Shown here piece after piece: positions 60,105-64,000 of a stretch of 64,000 nucleotides of DNA. The DNA comes from Candidatus Hydrogenedentota bacterium. Lineage in GTDB: Bacteria; Hydrogenedentota; Hydrogenedentia; Hydrogenedentales; JAEUWI01. The first letter of the stretch is position 1. Every line of letters begins with the position of its first letter. The translations under genes and the position numbers were made by a program. The stretch covers positions 1-64,000 of the forward strand of contig JAXMOL010000001.1 of assembly GCA_034669905.1 (NCBI GenBank), read 5' to 3'. The notes beneath the pieces were generated by a model. That model did no database searches. It was not told the DNA's origin and worked only from the letters and a program-made list of their open reading frames with translations.

Positions 60105-62635
60105 TGCAGTCTCAACACATGTCGGGTAATGAGCAATCATGGCAGGGCTATGCGCCGCTCGAAGGCGTCTATGACGAGATGAAGACCGCCGATGGCGCGA
60201 TTCGCCCCCCCTGGGAGCCGAGCGTCGGGGCCTTTGATGCCCTCGGTGCGGCAGAGCTGCAAAGTCGCTGGGAGCAGGGCGAGCGCGAAATCGCCAAGAA
60301 CGGCATCAGCTACAACCCCCACGATCAGGAGCAGGGTCTCTCCCGTCCCTGGGCCCTGGACCCCATCCCGCTGGTTCTCGATGAAACAGAATGGGAACGT
60401 ATCCGGGCGGGGATTCGCCAACGGGCCGTACTCTATGAGCTGGTCTTGCAGGACCTCTATGGGCCGCAAAAGCTGTTTAAGGACCGCATCCTGCCACCCC
60501 ATGTGCTCTTTGCCCATCCCCAATATTATCCCGCCTACCATGGCATCCAACACGCGGATGCGACCCGACTGCAGTTGTATGCAGCAGACCTCGCCCGCTC
60601 ACCCGATGGACGGTGGTGGGTAACAGAAAACCGCACTCATGCTCCCTTCGGCCTGGGCTATGTGCTCGAGAATCGGGTCATGTCGGCGCGCTTCTTTCCG
60701 AAAATCATGCGCGATGCCCACATCCACCGCGTCGCGCCTTTTTTTGCCGCACTCCGTGAATCCCTGGCCGAACTGGCCCCCCGAAATCGGGACAATCCAC
60801 GCACGGTCCTGTGGTCCATGGGCCCTATGAGCCCCACGTATTTTGAAGACGCCTATCTCGCCCGCTACCTGGGCTATACCCTTGCCGAAGGGGCCGATCT
60901 CGCGGTCCGGAACAACCAGGTCATGCTGAAAACCCTGGGGGGATTGCTCCCTGTCGACGTGTTGTTCCGTCGACTCGACGACCACAACTGTGATTCCGTG
61001 GAACTCCGGTCTGACTCGCCCTACAGCATTCCGGGCCTGCTGGAAGTCATGCGCTCGGGTGGCGTAGGGGTTTCGAACGGATTGGGCAGCGCGCTGCTGG
61101 AAGCACCCATCCTTCGTGCCTTCGAACCCGTGCTCTCCCGCCTGTTGTTGGGCGAAGAACTGATTCTCCCTACCGTGGCCACGTGGTGGTGTGGTGATGC
61201 GAAGGCCCTGACCTACGTGGTTGAGCACCTCGACAACCTCCTGGTAACCACGGCCTTCGAAGGGATCGACACGGCCGGCATTCGGCCCGCCCAGTTGAAG
61301 CAGGCCGATAAGGAAGCGCTCATTGCGCGCATCAAGGAAAACCCCGAAAACTTCGTAGCCCAGGAAACCGTCGCCCGTTCGAGCACCCCGGTCTGGGAGA
61401 AAACCGGCCCGGTCCCCTGGCGCCTCGCCCTGCGCAGTTACGCGGTAAAAAGCAAAGCGGACTACTGCGTCCTCCATGGCGGGCTCGCCCGCGTCTCCCC
61501 CGATCCCCTTCGCCTCGATGTGGCGATGACCAGCGGAGATCGGAGCCAGGACGTCTGGATTCGCACCCCCGGCACGGTGGAGGAGACGACCTTGTTGCAA
61601 CCTCCGGGCGCCACCATATCCCTGAAACGAAGTGGCCGGGATCTGCCCAGTCGGGTATGTGACAACCTCTTTTGGTTGGGGCGCAAGGTGGAGCGTATCG
61701 AGAGTGCGGTGCGGCTGCATCGCCTGGCGACCCGGGTTTCCACCAGCGAATATGACAGCGAGTATCTCACACGCTTTCTCTCCCGCGCCCTGAGGGGCCG
61801 AGAGGCCTCACCCGGTGACAGCGTCCCGGAGGACGTCCCCATATCCCTCGTCGAGCTGCAGACACGCCTGGAAAAGGCCTTGCTGGAGCCTGCCAGCACC
61901 AACAGCCTGCCGAACATGGTGGCCGACGCCATGCGCCTTACCTACACCGTGCGTGATCGCATCGCCGTGGAAATGTGGCGATCGGTGCAACGCATCAGCC
62001 AGGAGAGCATCTCGCTCAAGGCCAATTGGAATCGGGGGGACACGGTGCGCCTCGGACACCTGGACACCCTCCTCTCGGGGCTCAACGGTTTCGCCGGCCT
62101 TACCGCCGAGAGTATGACCCGGGCAGACGGGTGGCGCTTTCTCGACCTGGGCCGTCGCATCGAGCGGGCCCTCCAGGGCTGTCAGTTGCTCAATGCCACC
62201 CTCACGAAGCCCGGTGACGATGAATCCGTGAGCCTGGAGTTGTTGCTGGAGATTTCCGATAGCATCATGACCTACCGCAACCGGTACCTCGCGACGTTGC
62301 AGCCGGCCCCCGCGTTGGACCTGCTGTTGACGGACGAATCCAATCCCCGCTCCATTGGCTTTCAATTAACCTGCATTATGGAGCACATCACCCAACTGCC
62401 GGGTGATCAGCATACGGCGACCCGCAGTGTGGACAACCGTATTGCCCTTTCCATGCAGAACAGCCTGCGACTTGCCCAGGTCTATGAATTGGCGGAGGTC
62501 AATCGGAGTGGCAACCGGGAAAAACTGCACCGTATGCTCGGCAAACTGGGACGTCAGCTATTGGACCTTTCCGATGCGATTTCCGGGCAGTACCTCGTTC
62601 ATGCCGGCCTGCCGCGCCACTTCGGGAGTGTTTAA
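60101..62635 (+). CDS. Circularly permuted type 2 ATP-grasp protein with C-terminal alpha-E domain
   Basis: YDEM, LDPIP, APFGLGYVLENR, YLARYLG, GGLAR, DVW; then NLFWLGRKVER, LGRRIER, NPRSIGFQL. Confidence 0.9.
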   Translation: MMQSQHMSGNEQSWQGYAPLEGVYDEMKTADGAIRPPWEPSVGAFDALGAAELQSRWEQGEREIAKNGISYNPHDQEQGLSRPWALDPIPLVLDETEWERIRAGIRQRAVLYELVLQDLYGPQKLFKDRILPPHVLFAHPQYYPAYHGIQHADATRLQLYAADLARSPDGRWWVTENRTHAPFGLGYVLENRVMSARFFPKIMRDAHIHRVAPFFAALRESLAELAPRNRDNPRTVLWSMGPMSPTYFEDAYLARYLGYTLAEGADLAVRNNQVMLKTLGGLLPVDVLFRRLDDHNCDSVELRSDSPYSIPGLLEVMRSGGVGVSNGLGSALLEAPILRAFEPVLSRLLLGEELILPTVATWWCGDAKALTYVVEHLDNLLVTTAFEGIDTAGIRPAQLKQADKEALIARIKENPENFVAQETVARSSTPVWEKTGPVPWRLALRSYAVKSKADYCVLHGGLARVSPDPLRLDVAMTSGDRSQDVWIRTPGTVEETTLLQPPGATISLKRSGRDLPSRVCDNLFWLGRKVERIESAVRLHRLATRVSTSEYDSEYLTRFLSRALRGREASPGDSVPEDVPISLVELQTRLEKALLEPASTNSLPNMVADAMRLTYTVRDRIAVEMWRSVQRISQESISLKANWNRGDTVRLGHLDTLLSGLNGFAGLTAESMTRADGWRFLDLGRRIERALQGCQLLNATLTKPGDDESVSLELLLEISDSIMTYRNRYLATLQPAPALDLLLTDESNPRSIGFQLTCIMEHITQLPGDQHTATRSVDNRIALSMQNSLRLAQVYELAEVNRSGNREKLHRMLGKLGRQLLDLSDAISGQYLVHAGLPRHFGSV

Positions 62636-62641
62636 GGTACG

Positions 62642-63535
62642 ATGGCACACTACAAGATTGTCCATACCACGACCTACCACTACTCCAGTCCGGTAAGCGT
62701 GTGTCACAACCTGCTGATTCTGACGCCCCGCGAAAGTGAGCGACTGCGTTGTCCGAGCCATCGTCTGATCATTCGCCCCACGCCCCTCACCACAGAGCGG
62801 CGCTCCGATTTCTTTGGGAACTACGTGCATGCCTTCGCCATTGAAGAACTGCACCGCAGCCTGACCGTGACCTCCACCAGCCGTGTTGAGATCAAGCCGG
62901 ACGAGCGGCTGAATGGCGCCGAGATTCCAACGTGGGAGGCCTTGCGCGATGGGACCCGCCAACAGACGGACCCCCACTGGCTTGCCTGCGCGCCCTTCCG
63001 CTTCAACTCACCGCGCATTTCAGCGAGCCCGAAGTTCGCCGCCTACGCCGCGCCATGCTTCGCACCGGGCCAGCCCATTGTCGAGAGCATCCAGCGGCTC
63101 ACCACGAAGATACATGGGGAGTTTACCTATGACACCCGGGCAACGAACGTAAAAACGAGTACCGAAGAAGTTTTCTCGCTCCGGCGGGGCGTGTGCCAGG
63201 ATTTTGCCCATGTGCAACTGGCGTGCCTCCGTTCCATGGGCATCCCGTGCCGTTATGTCAGCGGCTACCTGCGCACCATCCCTCCCGAAGGGCAGACCAA
63301 GATGGTAGGTGCCGATGAGTCTCACGCGTGGGTTGCGGCCTATTGCGGAGAGGCGCTGGGCTGGATCGAATTTGACCCCACCAACGACTGTCTTTGTGGG
63401 ACGGATCACATCCCCATTGCCTGGGGCCGAGACTATAGTGACGTGGTTCCGTTTCGAGGCGCGTTCATTGGGGGCGGCAAGCACACCCTGAGTGTTTCGG
63501 TCGATGTACGCGAGCACCCGCCACGGACAGGTTGA
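62642..63535 (+). CDS. Transglutaminase family protein
   Basis: HTTTYHY, GVCQDFAH, RYVSGY, SHAW, FDPTN, GRDYSDV. Confidence 0.92.
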   Translation: MAHYKIVHTTTYHYSSPVSVCHNLLILTPRESERLRCPSHRLIIRPTPLTTERRSDFFGNYVHAFAIEELHRSLTVTSTSRVEIKPDERLNGAEIPTWEALRDGTRQQTDPHWLACAPFRFNSPRISASPKFAAYAAPCFAPGQPIVESIQRLTTKIHGEFTYDTRATNVKTSTEEVFSLRRGVCQDFAHVQLACLRSMGIPCRYVSGYLRTIPPEGQTKMVGADESHAWVAAYCGEALGWIEFDPTNDCLCGTDHIPIAWGRDYSDVVPFRGAFIGGGKHTLSVSVDVREHPPRTG

Positions 63536-63599
63536 TTGTCTCCGGACCCGTGGGATAGAGTGATATTACGGTTAAGCCATAACGCAGTGGATGATAGCT

Positions 63600-64000
63600 A
63601 TGAGCTGGACGGACTATGAGACGAACGGTTTCTATGACGAGCTTTTCGAAGCGGATGGCGTTCCACGCGCCACGGCAAAGCCCTTGCTGGAGCGCATTCA
63701 GTCACTGAATGAGCGGGAAATCGCGCGCCGTCAAAAGGCCGCAGAAGGAGCCCTTCGCGAAGCCGGGATCACCTTTACGGTCTACGGCGAACGGCGGGGC
63801 ACAGAACGCATCTTTCCCTTTGATATTATCCCCCGCATTGTCGAGGCAGATGATTGGGAAATCATTGAGTCGGGTCTGAAACAGCGTATCGAAGCCCTCA
63901 ACCTCTTCATTGATGATATCTACCACGACCAGAAAATCCTCAAGGACGGTATCATCCCCTCGGAACTCGTGCTCAATGGGGGCACGTTCCGCCCCGAGTG
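63600..64000 (+). CDS. Second circularly permuted type 2 ATP-grasp protein (truncated by window edge)
   Basis: MSWTDYETNGFYDELF...GITFTVYG...ERIFPFDIIPRI...GLKQR...ALNLFIDDIYHDQ. Confidence 0.88.
   Translation, partial: MSWTDYETNGFYDELFEADGVPRATAKPLLERIQSLNEREIARRQKAAEGALREAGITFTVYGERRGTERIFPFDIIPRIVEADDWEIIESGLKQRIEALNLFIDDIYHDQKILKDGIIPSELVLNGGTFRPE

Noticed and set aside
56787..60140. 1117-aa minus-strand ORF
   Set aside because: Mirror frame of the transglutaminase-DUF2126 gene; typical of high-GC codon bias

Overview
GC-rich bacterial chromosome segment with dense, mostly housekeeping or envelope coding sequence. The gene mix (DUF1501/DUF1553 'planctomycete-type' proteins, DUF1080, cohesin and GYF_2 proteins) suggests a PVC-like or Candidatus Hydrogenedentota lineage; this is inference only. 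Recognisable genes are rplJ-rplL (with L10 leader and terminator, detached from rplKA/rpoBC), lspA, glgX, an MsbA-like ABC transporter, two cyclophilins, an IDH/IPMDH-family dehydrogenase, aroD, a lipid A-type acyltransferase, a beta-CASP nuclease, menF and a menD-menH fusion. The right end holds a transglutaminase / circularly permuted ATP-grasp / alpha-E cluster. I saw no rRNA, tRNA, CRISPR array, transposase or prophage. Most notable observations: a TPR + EF-Tu-domain-II-like + GYF-like membrane protein; a permuted TrxR-like flavoprotein fused to a NapH-like 4Fe-4S membrane domain; tandem LamG-cytochrome c-DUF1549/1553 paralogs with a Tat DUF1501; two 48-aa paralogous small proteins; a probable ATT-initiated gene; a ~195-nt rod-like candidate ncRNA; recurrent 18-bp-spacer sigma70-like promoters; and several REP/MITE-like palindromic elements. 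All domain calls come from motif recognition by eye, not database searches.
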